Shown here: piece after piece, positions 12,030 through 25,060 of the stretch
Layout: each line of letters opens with the position of its first letter
Position numbering within the stretch: the first letter of the stretch is position 1
Assembly: GCF_006345805.1 (NCBI RefSeq)
Contig: NC_043021.1
Span: 25,978,001-26,042,000, forward strand
Source: Octopus sinensis
Taxonomy: Eukaryota
Direction of reading: 5' to 3'
DNA length: 64,000 bases
Notes under the pieces: model-generated
What the model saw: the letters and a program-made list of their open reading frames with translations, nothing else
Databases searched by the model: none
What the model was told of the DNA's origin: nothing
Translations under genes and position numbers: made by a program

Positions 12030-13140
12030 GATCGGTTGGTGCTTTTACGTGTCACCGACACGGATGCCAGTCAGGCAGCGCTGGCATCTGCCATGTTCGG
12101 ACGGTGCTTTTAACATGTCACCGGCACGGGTATCTTAACTACAATTTCCATTTGATTTTCATTTTGATGTTGGTGTTAACGTACTTGACTCAATAGATCT
12201 CCTCAAGAACAGAGGGTTACTCTACGATCCAAGGTTAGCACAGCAGGCCATCCTGCGAGCCATGAATTCACTTCATTTGTCGGGTCTTCACAGTCACAGC
12301 ATATCTTCAGAGGTCTCAGTCTTTCGTCATAGCCTCTGTGAGGCTCAACGTACGAAGGTCATGCTTGACCACCTCGTCCCATGTCTTCCTGTGTCTACCT
12401 CTACCCCGGATTCCTTCAACAGTTTGGGAGTGGCACTACTTCACACATCTCTCCTCATCCATCCGTAGTACATGACCATACCAATGCAAACGTCTCTCCT
12501 GCACGCTGCATCTGATGCTTCTTATGCCCAACATTTTTCTCAGGGCGCTTACACTCTGTCGTGCATGGATACTGACATTACACATCCAGTGGATCATGCT
12601 AGCTTCATTTCTTTCAAGCCTACGCATGTCCTCCACAGTCACGGCCCATGTTTCACTACTGTGAAGCATGGCAGTTCGCACACGTGCATCGTACAATCTA
12701 CCTTTCACTCTGAGTGAGAGACCCGTTGCCGCCAGTAGGGGAAGAAGCTTCCTTAACTTTGCCCAGGCTATTCTTATTCTAGTGGTAACACTCTCTGAGC
12801 ATCCACCCCTGCTACTAACTTGGTCACCTAGGTAGTGGAAACTATCAACTACTTCTAGTTTCTCCCCCTGGAGTGTGATGGAATGTTTTCTGAGTATCTG
12901 TGGTGTCTATTGCCCCTGTGCATCTACCGCACATGAAAGCTATCTTCCCGGTTAATGTTCCTTTGATGTTGTTGCACCTCTTATGTGTCCATAGCTTACA
13001 CTGGGTACATCTTATGGAGTTTCTACCTACACCTTTTCTACAGATCGAGCAGGGCCACCTACCTGAAGGGGTGTGTGGTGAGTTTGCCTTCCGACTTACT
13101 AGAACCTTGGTCTTTGTGCCTTCCTACTTACTAGAACCAT
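12030..13140 (-). mobile_element. RTE-clade LINE 3' portion: PHD-like Cys region, C-terminal ORF and 3' UTR with hairpin units
   Basis: WPCSICRKGVGRNSIRCTQCKLWTHKRC, then KGRLYDA.VRTAMLH.SETWAVT...RLERNEASM...ERRLHWYGHVLRM, then a UTR running into GGTGACACGTAAAAGCACC units. Confidence 0.85.
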
Positions 13141-13989
13141 ATACATACATATATATATATATATACATATATAAACATATATATATACATATATATTAGT
13201 ACAGATACTTAACTTTGTCCATGTCACATGGAATTGGAAAATTCGACTTTTATATTTTCTCTAATGAAGTGGAATACCTATGATTCAAATTTCATCAAAA
13301 TTGGAAATTAAGAATTTTAATACAGGTTCTTTCCTTCTTTACACACCCTAACAAAAATTTTAATCATGACACATTTATCTCATACTACTCATCTTTATGC
13401 CCAGATTCCAAAATCCAAATCTTATAAAACCTATTCAAAGGTTTTTGCTCCTGAAAAATGGAGCACATGGAGCTCTAAAATGTGGGAGTTAAGGCCCCTA
13501 TTGGGGGTGGGGTCTTAAAGCCAACCAGAGAAGTTGAATTGTTGGGAATCTTTTTTAACTTGGGTCCTATATCTATTGTTCAAATTTCTTTGAAATCGGA
13601 ATTATATGAATGTTCACTGGGTTTGTAAAAGAGAGCAAAGCTACAGGAAACCTAATGACAAATAATTACAATAAGCGGTCAGCTACCCAACCCTAGTTGT
13701 TACCACTCCCCAATGTAGGATTCCAAACCATACAGGTGACGGGCACAGCCGTCAGATGCATTACGGATCTATAGCAATTGGAAGGACATGACCCAACTGA
13801 AATAAACATTAACAACTGTGTGACATCAGGGCTAAGGGGAATTGAAAGTCTCACACCTGGAGTTTGCCAATGATCACTAGGCCGATAGGTAACTGGACAG
13901 AATAAATTTGCAATCTATAAATCTCTTTGAATGACCAGTCACTTATCTGGAAAGGCCTTGAAATCAATATTACCATCTGGGGACTATCT

Positions 13990-14220
13990 CTGACTCAGTG
14001 ATAATAAAAAGACTCAAAGGAGGTCTGCAACCAAATAACTTTACTCGAAATAACACTTTGCAACTGAATCGGCGGAGGCAAAGATGGCTCTTCTTTACTT
14101 GACAATTTATACAGCACATTGCAGGAATCACAATCTAAGTATATCTCAAAGCAAACTCTTACACTGTTGTACAATTGAATTACAAATAATGCTCATCTTG
14201 TATGCTCGGGTGACTCTACA
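13990..14220 (-). mobile_element. Possible LTR remnant (Gypsy-like)
   Basis: Minus strand starts TGTAGAGTC, contains GTATAAA and AGTAAA signals, ends near ...TATCA and is followed by a degenerate PBS-like sequence. Weak. Confidence 0.3.
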
Positions 14221-14708
14221 TAAATAAATATATATATATAAACACATATATATATATAAACACATATATATATATATATATATATATAATATACATACAT
14301 ATATATATGAATATGTAATTAAGCAGAAATTGGAGAAATCTTGATCAACAACAATTGGCTACTATTGATTTTATTTTCTAATACAAAACTTTATCCCATC
14401 TAACAGCCGTTCCTGCTTCCAATGTCCTGCAGTGTTGCCAAAGAAAATTTTGAGAATAATATTTGTCATATTTTGTAACACATCTAATCTGGAGAATGGA
14501 GCATAATATGCCCAGGGCTAACATAGGTAATTTACAGCGGTAGTAAAATGGATATTCTTATCCCTTACACAGTTATTCCAACCGATAACTCCACTAACCA
14601 TATATATGTGTGTGCGTGTGTGTGTAATATATATAATATAAATATATACATAATATATATATATATAATATACATATATAATATAAATATAAAGGTATAT
14701 AATAATTA

Positions 14709-15092
14709 TGTGGCTGTGTGGTAAGTAGCTTGCTTACTAACCACATGGTACCAGGTTCAGTCCCATTGCAAGGCACCTTGAGAAAGTGTCTTCTACCATA
14801 GCCTCAGGCCAACCAAAGCCTTAAGTGGATTTGGCAGACGGAAACTGAAAGAAGCCCGTCGTATATATGTATGTGTGTGTATATATTTGTGTCTGCGTTT
14901 GTCCCGTCACCATCGCTTGACAACTGATACCGGTGTGTTTACGCCCCTGTAACCTAGCGTTTCAGCAACAGAGACCGATAGAATAAGTACTAGGCTTACA
15001 AAAACTAAGTCCTGGGGTCGATTTGTGCTACTAAAGGCGGTGCTCCAGCATGGCCGCATTCAAATTACTGAAACAAGTAAAAGAATAAAAGG
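14709..15092 (+). mobile_element. SINE family A, near full length
   Basis: Same sequence as 6868-7296. Confidence 0.85.
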
Positions 15093-15094
15093 AT

Positions 15095-15149
<55 letters not shown>

Positions 15150-15177
15150 TGATATATATATATATACACACACACAC

Positions 15178-15330
15178 AACAAGCTTCAGCGCAGTTTCTG
15201 TCTACCAAATCGGCTCACAAAGCTTTGGTGGGCCCGAGGCTATAGCAGATCCAAGGTGTAACGCAGAGATCTGAACCACTGAACCCGGAACTATACGGTT
15301 GGGAGGCAAACTTCTTGACACACGGCCACA
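15178..15330 (-). mobile_element. SINE family A, head portion, inverted relative to 14709-15092
   Basis: Reverse complement reads TGTGGCCGTGTG...GTTCCGGGTTCAGT...ATAGCCTCGGGCCCACCAAAGC...GATTTGGTAGACAGAAACTG. Confidence 0.75.
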
Positions 15331-16476
15331 TAAACGTGTGTGGCGTGCGTTGTAATAATTAGGCTTTTTTAATTGGCAAATTTACTTAATTCCTACGACC
15401 TACCTTGCGTATTTCATAATGATACATGCTTTCTATATTGATACGAGTGTGTGTGTGTGTGTGTGTAGATAATTATAATGTGCAAACGAATGTCGTATGC
15501 CTGTTTCGGTTTCTTCTTAATAAAGTTGGGCATTCCAAGCGACAAACATAGGGGCCTAAAAACAATGCCTACAGCTAATTTAATTAATAAAACACAATTT
15601 TCTTAGATAACAAAACAAATTTGTTTTTGTATTTCATTTTCGATTAACGTCGTTAATTTTGCATCAAAATCAAATTTCTATCTTTTTAGTTTCTGAGTAT
15701 TTTGTTTTTTTTTTACGCACTATTAATCTCTCTGTTGTATTTTTTTAAAAACGTATTTTAAAGTGTTAAACCGGTTTTAAGATATAAATAACGTTTAGAC
15801 AATCTCTTGACCAGTTCAGGCAAGAGAAATTTCAAATCTGTTGGATATTTACTATTACGAAGAAGGGAGAAGAAGAAAAGCCTTGCTTCAGTGTTACACG
15901 TCTGATGAGGTTAGGTGCTTTAATTATAAATTGAATCCGAATTATTCGTCGGATTCAAGGAGAAACTACATTTAAAAAAAAGTAATAAATACCGTAAAAG
16001 TCTGACCATTCATTGATCTATTCAGACATCGGCATACAATTCTCCTTTCTCTGGCCACCTCCTATTCTTCCTCCATTCACATGAATGTTATTGGCTTTTA
16101 TTATTGATAGTATTGGGATGTGAGAGAGAGATGGGGGGGAAGCCAGGTGAAATGCCTTTGGTATTTAATACCACCACAAACAGTACAAAGCCTCTGTGAA
16201 GAGTTCAAATCCTGTCGGGATCGACTCTTCATTTCATTTTCATCAGGGAAACGATTCAACAGACACGGTGCCAGTTTATAAAACCATTATTACACATAAT
16301 AATAAGTAATCTGAGAGTCTGGATCCTTTCAAATGGCCGTAGACTTAGTGAGTGGAGGCCGAACATATTTTGTCCCGAAAGTCTTGCTGACACGATTTGC
16401 CCAAACAATCCTGACATTTTACGGAAACTTTCATCTTCATGAGACGCTAAATTAAACTAATTGTTTTTGAGAGAAT

Positions 16477-16522
<46 letters not shown>

Positions 16523-16684
16523 TCGTAACAATATTTTAAGGTTAGTGAATGCCATTGTTTCAAAATAAAATTTCATAAAAAGACATTTTCTCTTGGGAAA
16601 CCCCAGGGTCTTCCCTCCCCCCAAACGATACACTGGAATTCCTCGGAACTCACTTTAGGAAACATGGCCATAGGCAATTGTCAC

Positions 16685-16732
<48 letters not shown>

Positions 16733-17034
16733 AATCCTTCGGTATTAATCCCCAGAATGTCAAATGAAAAGTCGTATTTTATCATATATATACATATCCA
16801 CACACACACATTATATATACACATAATATAAATATAATCATTCTCAACACCTTTAATATAGTCAGGTGCTCTCCTGTTTTGTTACTCGACCTTGCCAACA
16901 TAAACATCATCTTCGTGTCCAGACCACACACACACTCTGAAGTGAAACGACACACTACGATGTACGCCACCGCACAGACACACACTTGCCCAACCTTTAT
17001 AATCAGCAATTAATCTAACCTCTCTCTCTCTCTC

Positions 17035-17089
<55 letters not shown>

Positions 17090-17547
17090 TACGCCTCTCT
17101 CTCTCTCTCTCCTCCGGCTGTAGTCGGTGCGACCTTGCCAACATAAACACTCCACATCAATAAGTACTGGCAAGAGTGGAAAACCTGTCAGTTCGGACGT
17201 AATAATAATAACCAGGCTACCATCCCTCCTTCCTTCTGTCTCTCGTTAAAAGTCTACCAAAGAACAGGTATCTTCCTACATATATTGCTCTGGTGGTTCT
17301 CACGGTGGTCATTCCACATCTTAACTTACCAGATAAACACGTATTTCTCACCTGCAGCTTGCTAGTATGTGGCCGGTCTGATCTTATATATATATATATA
17401 TGCATGAGATGGAGACCGTGTATACATACATTTTTCTGAAGCATTAATAATAAATATAATCTCAAAGATAAAAGTGAACCAAACATTAATAGTCACAAAC
17501 CCATTACGGCTGACAACAAATTGCCACAGGCAACAAACAGTATATAA

Positions 17548-17587
<40 letters not shown>

Positions 17588-18019
17588 GCATGCACACACG
17601 CATATACATATATGACCAAAATATAATCGATCGGCAGTTTTAATAACAAAAAAGTAGATACAGAATTTCAACAATATCGGTGACAATATTGGCAAAAGCT
17701 AAGAAATTAACAAGAGACGATCAGAACCGATGGAATTAACGACATAGTTTAAGGGTTACTCACACACACACACACAGATATCGGTCAATTGTCCAAAAGT
17801 CAGAAAAGAGAAAATTCGAACGGTTGCACTTTACGTTGGCGAATATCACATACAAGAATATACTAATCGACAATATAAAAGTGCGTGTATATATATATAT
17901 ATATATATATATGATCGATTCGGGAAACATGGAAATAAAAATTCGACCTGTAAGATTTTTAAGGCAATGACAACTGTAATAATAGCGATATTTATACCAC
18001 TTCTAATATGATAACAATA

Positions 18020-18245
<226 letters not shown>

Positions 18246-18751
18246 GGTAGGTACCAGGCGAGATAAGGTAAACAGAGAGAGAGTCAATTGAATTTGCTCA
18301 AGAATTAATATTAAAAGTAACTTGGTCGTTTCGGAGCGAATTCGAACTCGAAATAAGACGATACATATTGTTTGATTTCTGGCATAAACCTAACAAACCT
18401 CAAGTTAGAAAATCTCAATAAAAATAATGGTTTTGCAATAAATGAATAAGATTTAGGGTAAGTGAAGGCTGTGAGGGGACTGATGCGAATTCCCCCAACA
18501 AATAAACAACGTAATATTATATGTTATCACTTGATTAGCAACATTACAATACCCTAGATGTGTGTGTGTATATATATGTGCATAATTCATTCGTTAACAG
18601 TTTCAATTTGCTCAGAGTCAAAAATAAAGCCAAGATGACATTAATGATAAGACAATTATCAGAGAAATGAGAGAAACAATAATAATAATAACAATAATGA
18701 AGATAATAACGATGGTGGTGTTGGTGATAAGGCAAATGTGATTGAACTTAC

Positions 18752-18804
18752 AAATAGATTGTTGATGTTGAAACAGGTAGACAGAAACACAGACAGGTAG
18801 ACAT
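18752..18804 (-). CDS. OTUD3: Putative first coding segment of OTUD3 (MSTCLCFCLPVSTSTIY-), within a probable first exon extending to about 19150
   Basis: Strong donor TT|GTAAGT at 18752/18751. The phase-2 end (TT) joins the phase-2 start (C) of exon 10718 to give TTC, in frame with OTUD3. It lies next to a CpG-rich promoter-like region. There is no transcript evidence. Confidence 0.45.
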
Positions 18805-19049
18805 ACAAGAGTTGTAGAGGCTGTCATGTGAAGAAGAGAAGGAACCCTCTGCAGACCACTGGCTACATGGTTCATTTAGGGCGAGCGACACAACTGGGGT
18901 CGGGTGGAAGGGGTCTCGGCCTTGGCTTCGGTAAATTCTTTTCAAACGAAGCGGTCAGTAAAAGATCTCTGATTCGGCAAGAAGCAGAAGAGGAGGCTGA
19001 GGCTGGTGGTCTTCCTCTCTCGATTCTTGTATTTGTTTTCTCCAACAAC

Positions 19050-20060
19050 AACAACAACACTGAAATCATATGATCGGCTCCAACTTCCGCTTCCGGTACA
19101 TGTGTTGAGACTGAAACGGACCATCGTCGCTTTCACGGTTCTGAATCCAAATTAGTCTCTTAATCCGCTCCTATATCTACGCAACCACTTCATGGCTTGC
19201 CGATCTTCCTCATCACCTTCGGACACGAATAACTTGCCATCATATTTTAGGCATTTCTGCTTATTTCATTGTTATATAACTTCAAAAGCTACAGATTTCT
19301 CTGTTTTGATTTATTTGAATATTTTTCAATTAAGAATTTTACCTTTGTTAATTAACGAATACCTTAACGTAACACCAATTCTAAACCTAATTGCTTTGCT
19401 ATTCTGTGTTCGAATTTCACTGTGGGTCAACTTAACTAATCTTATCTCTGGTAAATTTGCCGACACAAATTACTTTATTAAAATCAAAAACAGCGAAGCT
19501 CCATCTCTTAGAATAATAACGAAATAAGCATAAATACCTACAAATATAAGACCCTATTAAAAAAAACAACAACTTATATTTAGGACCCCAAAAGCTCGGA
19601 AGGTCAGCCGAAAGGCCAATTTGAGTTTTGGACTGTCAAAGTGAGGATATCGGGGGCGGGGAAGTTTACTTTTCATTCATCCTGCTTCATCGCTCGGCTT
19701 TGGTGGTTTCAGTGTGTGTTGGGACTGTTTGTAAATACTTTAGAGAAAACCATACATCGCTCACAGACATTATTGAGTGAGGAAACAATTCTTTTAAAAA
19801 AATAAATGAATACAGGTGCCCGACCGTTTTTGCCGGTCACGGTCGAGAGCTCAGAGGTTCTCGGACCCTACACTGACTACTTTCTGTGCAAAATCGGGAT
19901 ATCTGTGGCCCGCCAGAGAAATGGGCTTAGTGAGGTGGCGTGGCAGCGAGGGTTGCTAACTAACCATTCTCCACGGTAACGCATAGCAATCATATCCGCA
20001 AAGCGCCATTCAACGCGCCTTTTGTTCTGGGGTGCACAACCCGTTACTCCCCACCCTTTT
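19050..20060. promoter_or_regulatory. CpG-enriched, repeat-free promoter-like region upstream of OTUD3 (possibly bidirectional)
   Basis: CpG density and GC content are high compared with the flanks. Contains CCGGAAG-type (ETS-like) motifs at about 19086-19096 on the minus strand and a GGGGCGGGG GC box at about 19652. Confidence 0.5.
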
Positions 20061-20298
20061 GTTTCTTTTGCTTTGCTTCTTTGGTGAAGTAATTATGGAT
20101 TTTAAGAATGTATTTGATGGTAAACTTAGATGTTTAAATTCATTATAGATATAGGTATACTTACTCAGGTATGCGCACCAACTTGTTTCCTCATAACATT
20201 CAGAAAATCCATATTTTTTAATGAGATTTTCTACAAATACCTTACATATGGTGTAGCTTACCATTATATCGGCATTTAATCTATCTATCTATATATAT

Positions 20299-20810
20299 CA
20301 TCATCATCATCGTTTAACGTCCGCTTTCCGTGCTAGCATGGGTTGGACGATTTTGACTGAAGGCTAGAGAACCAGATGGCTGCACCAGGCTCCAATCTTG
20401 ATCTGGCAGAGTTTCTACAGCTGGATGCCCTTCCTAACGCCAACCACTCTGAGAGTGTAGTGGGTGCTTTCATGTGCCACCGGCACAGGCTCCAGTCAGG
20501 CAGTACTGGCAACGACCTCGCTCGAATCTTTTTACACATGCCACCGGCACAGGTGCCAGTGAGGCAACGCAGGTCACGATCACACTCAAATGGTGCCTTT
20601 TATGTGCCACTGGCACAGAAGCCGGTTAGCCGCTCTGTCAACAATCACACTCGCATGGTGCTCTTTGCACCCCGCTAGCACGGATGCCAGTCATTGAATT
20701 TGATTTTGATTTTGATTTGATTTCACTTGCCTCAACAGGTCTTTGCAAACAGAGTTTTAGTGTCCAAAGAAGGAAAAGGTACGCACAAGTGGGCTGGTTA
20801 CGCTCCTGGC
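20299..20810 (-). mobile_element. RTE-LINE 3' UTR copy with about 3.5 diverged hairpin units and (ATG)n tail
   Basis: Same core as 6624-6822, plus repeated GTGCCACCGGCAC units at 20474, about 20539 and about 20604. Confidence 0.8.
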
Positions 20811-21090
20811 ATATATATATGTAAAAGAGAGTTTGTGTGTGTGTATGTTCCTTATGCATTCGAAAACTGAGTTGCCAATTTTGACATATAGTATCAAAAG
20901 ATTCAGTAATCTTTCAGCTGCCAAATAAAGTTTATTTTCATTTACACATTTTCTACGTTATCTCAACAACCAGCTTTAGTAATTTCATAGACTCTGCTCT
21001 ACAACGACAAGTTTTTGTTAGAAAGTGAAAATAGTTCCATACTATCAATTTAAACCAAAATTACAAAGTGTTGCATTATGGGAGTGACTA

Positions 21091-21464
21091 GGCGCAGGAG
21101 TGGCTGTGTGGTAAGTAGCTTGCTAACCAACCACATGGTTCCGGGTTCAGTCCCACTGCATGGTATCTTGGGCAAGTGTCTTCTGCTATAGCCCCGAATT
21201 TGGTGAGTGGATTTGGTAGACAGAAACTGAAAGAAGCCTGTTGTATATATATATATATATATGTATGTGTTTGTCCCCCTAGCATTGCTTGACAACCGAT
21301 GCTGGTGTGTTTACGTCCCCGTAACTTAGCGGTTCGGCAAAAGAGACCAATAGAATAAGTACTGGGCTTACAAAGAATAAGTCTCGGGGTCGATTTGCTC
21401 GACTAAAGGCGGTGCTCCAGCATGGTCGCAGTCAAATGACTGACACAAGTAAAAGAGTAAAGAG
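21091..21464 (+). mobile_element. SINE family A, full length
   Basis: Same sequence as 6868-7296. Confidence 0.85.
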
Positions 21465-23081
21465 TATGTGTGAATAACGAAAGTTAAGTTTCTCCAAATT
21501 AGTCACTCATTACAAGGCATCCATTTCTCTGTGTTATGAGGAGAAACAGTCACTCTCTCTTTCTCACACATGTACATACAAAAAAGACATAGGCATATGT
21601 ATGTATGTACGTGTATATGAAAGATAATGTGTGTGTGAGACCGATTGAGTGCCACTTACACATACATGCAAAAAAATACATACATGACAACACACCTTCA
21701 CTCACTCTCTCTTTCACACACACACATACGTCCATTTCATATACACATACATACATCTTTCACTTTCTGCTCTGACTTCAAAGCAAATGTTGCCTTTTCA
21801 CTTTTTCCTCTCTTTCAATTTCTGCTCTCTTCAAAGCATGAAGAAATAAAAACAATTTTATGGAAATTAACGAACAATCATATGATCAAGTTGACAACTT
21901 TGCTGCTTCAAACGATAGAAAGCCATAAAATAAGTTCCATTGGTACACACACATATTCTAGAAAAAACTTCTATACAAATTATGTTATTTCTTGCTGGGT
22001 GCCTGTGCAAAATTAAAACTCAAATCCAATTGAAATCACCTTTTTCTATTCTGTAATTTGTAATTGTGATGAGCGTATTTAAAAACTAGATCTTCAATAT
22101 AAACTTAAAAAGAAGTTTTCCCAGAAATCCTGTCCTTTACCTGGTGTTCCTAGCATGTCCGAGGTGACATTTGCACCACCTCCCCCTTATTTTTTCCTCA
22201 ATTTCTTCCAATTCCTATGTTTTTGATACAGGAGATAAGGATTTCACCCAAAAAACACGTTCTCAATATTCTAATTCTCTCCTTGCCAACCCCAATTTCT
22301 TCATTTTTTTACTTTTTTTCCAAATTTTTTTCTTGGTAATCCATGAAGAACAAAACAGAGTATGAATCTTCATGAATCTTCCATTTTTCTTAAAGAAGCA
22401 CTAAATTTTCTTTCTCAACCTCACCACTTTCAAAAAGCTACAAACTCACAATGTTTCACTTTTAACTTTTTAGAAAGCAGGGAAGTTTCTTCAAAAATAA
22501 TTTCATCTACCTGTTGTATTCTGGTGTTTTTAACGTCTGCTATTTCAGTATGATTCTACACATTGTGAAACAGTGGGAGGTTTTAGCTTTTTTGAAAGCA
22601 GGTAAGTGGTGGGTGGGCAAGGTGGGAGAAGAGGCATTTAGTGTTTCTTTAAGAAAAATTAAACTTCAAAAAAAATATATTTCCCAGATTTGTAATCTCT
22701 GTATTTTCTACGTGGTTAAAAAACATTTTTTTAAAGTTACAAATTAAGAAATTGCGGTGGGGATGGGGGATGGGGGAATTAAAATTTTGAAAACCTGATT
22801 CCTGGACAGAATTGTAATAACCCCGTTTTATACAATGAAACAATACATAGTTTGTGATCCTTCTTAAGAAGAAAAAGCACTTTCATGCAAACCCATGTAG
22901 ATTGTACCCTCCTCCTCTTCACTTTTAAACAAACAATAACTTCCCTTACGTCAGTAATCCAGTTCACAACATATCAGCTGTGCCGATTCCACTCATAAGA
23001 AAGGAACAAATAATACAATGTGGCTGTAGGTTATAACATTTGGGCAACACCGGGATGCATTGCTTGTGTAAAATCAAATTG

Positions 23082-23133
<52 letters not shown>

Positions 23134-23344
23134 AATTTTTTTCCATATTTCAAGTTTCATTTTGTAGATATACACACACACACACACATATATATATCCT
23201 TTAAATTCATTTACGAGAAGCATTTTTTGAGTATGCATATAAAAGCTCTCATTTTATTGTGCTGGCCACAGCCTAATGATACCAGCTTGCAATAACAGTT
23301 TTATGGGGTTGTACCAAGCTGTAGTGATATAATGTAGGATAAAT

Positions 23345-23375
<31 letters not shown>

Positions 23376-24069
23376 TGATAATCCATGGATGGAATTTATA
23401 AATAATTTAATGCATTGCTACACACGTTTCCACAAATCACATGTTTCTTATGATCATAGTCCATATTCCAGGGATGATTACAGTAGAGCCCATAGTATCC
23501 ATGGACATCAGGTGAATCACAGTTCATGCATTCATTTCTTCAGGTGATACGGCATTAATGTTGGAAGCAACGAATGTATAACTGAAGGATGTTTGTCAAT
23601 TGTCACCAATGAAAAGGTTGATTGGGGTCTGTGGGCAGTTCTGAGTGTATTTGGTGAGGAAGAATAGGGAGTGATGGAAAGAGAGAAAAGAATGGTAATT
23701 GATAAAGGAGAGGGAGGAGTATGTGGGGATGTTGTTATTATTGAAGAGGGATCTATTAAATATTTTAATTACATTTCTAATTAACATGATCAGCACTTAG
23801 GTGTTAACTACCCAAAATAATTAATTGTTTCAAGTCTGGACACAAGGCCAATAATTTTAGAGGGAAGGGCTTTAGGGGATTCTATCAACTGGGGTACTTG
23901 TCTGATACTTCATGTTATTAATCTTGAAAAGAGGAAAGGCAAAGTTGACCTTGACAAGATTTGGACGTATCAGGTTCCTCGGCTAAATTTGATATAAAAG
24001 GAAAAGAAAATGCAGCATCCAACCCAAAGCTAAAAGTATCTTAAAAAGTCAAAAAAATATCTCTCAGAC

Positions 24070-24336
24070 CAGTACTACTCAAAGTGGTGGTCCACGGACC
24101 AGTGCCGGTCTGCAGCGGGTTTCCAGAAAAGAAAGAAACATTATAAAATGCTTACGTAATATTATATTATTTGTTTACAAAATAAATATAAGATAAATAA
24201 AAAATAACTTTTATTATATTCATTATATATATTGTTTCTGGTATAAATTAATATTACTAAGAAATATTATTAGTCCCTGGCACATTAGGGAAAAAAAACT
24301 GCTGGTACACCACATCAGATAGTTTGAGAAGCACTG
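24070..24336. mobile_element. hAT (Charlie-like) MITE
   Basis: Imperfect TIRs CAGTACTACTCAAA and TTTGAGAAGCACTG. Flanks resemble the NTCTAGAN target site. Confidence 0.55.
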
Positions 24337-24349
24337 GTCTAGGTTATGG

Positions 24350-25060
24350 CTGAGAGAGAGAACAGTTTACTCAAAGTAGCTGTCCCTACCTTCCACCTCA
24401 ACCTCAAAACGGCTCCAGAACCAGGCACATGCGTTCATCACTGTGTCCCTGAGAAGATCTTCAAACATCTCTTTGATCTTGGCCACCAGTTCAGTCTTGT
24501 AGTTGCGATCAGAGCAGTTGGTGCCTTTCTCAACTGTGCCCCATGCATAGTAATCCATGGGATTTGAATCAGGGGAATTAGGAGGCCAGAAATTGGGGCT
24601 GGCAAAGCTGTAGAAGTTCCCCCAACAACTACTTCTTATTCTTTCCAAAGGTATGGCAAGGAGCCAAATCCTGCTGCCACACATATGACCTTTCAGCAGC
24701 TTCACAAGGCCATCCGAGTTGAACCTAAGGTCCTGTTCAAAGAATTAGGCAACATAACAACACCCTCACCAGAATTACACCCAACGACCATCACCTTTTT
24801 GCTGGTCATGGCTTCCTAGTCTCCACTGCAGCAGTCCATGTCTTGTCTTTAGGCCTTTACAGTGTTCATGGAGCATTGAGCAGCAGTGATGATGTTGGCA
24901 TTTGGATATCTGGTGTGAATCATCATGGTACAGACAACTCTTCCCCAATGTTCTGACAGCTTCCAGTCCTCCATGTTCAGCTGACTTTTTCTCAATGACA
25001 ACTTTAATATCTTTATGCTCTCCAACACTGTTGACTGTGCACCAATACTTGAAGCTGTTC
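24350..25060 (-). mobile_element. Tc1/mariner-superfamily transposase remnant
   Basis: ORF 24367-24705 contains FWPPNSPDSNPMDYYAWG.VEK...ELVAKIKEMF...NACA.F.SR.E..VE, the SPDxNPxD catalytic motif region. Confidence 0.8.

Noticed and set aside
15902-15959. Second hammerhead candidate (CTGATGA...GAAA...GTC)
   Set aside because: Stem II and stem I cannot be formed convincingly. The only strong structure is a 10-bp hairpin TTGAATCCGA/TCGGATTCAA that would sequester the GAAA.
19560-19900. RNase P, RNase MRP or telomerase RNA call
   Set aside because: Only P4-like complementarity was seen. There is no P1 or P3 helix, several T runs are present, and there is no CTAACCCTAA template. Kept only as an unclassified finding.
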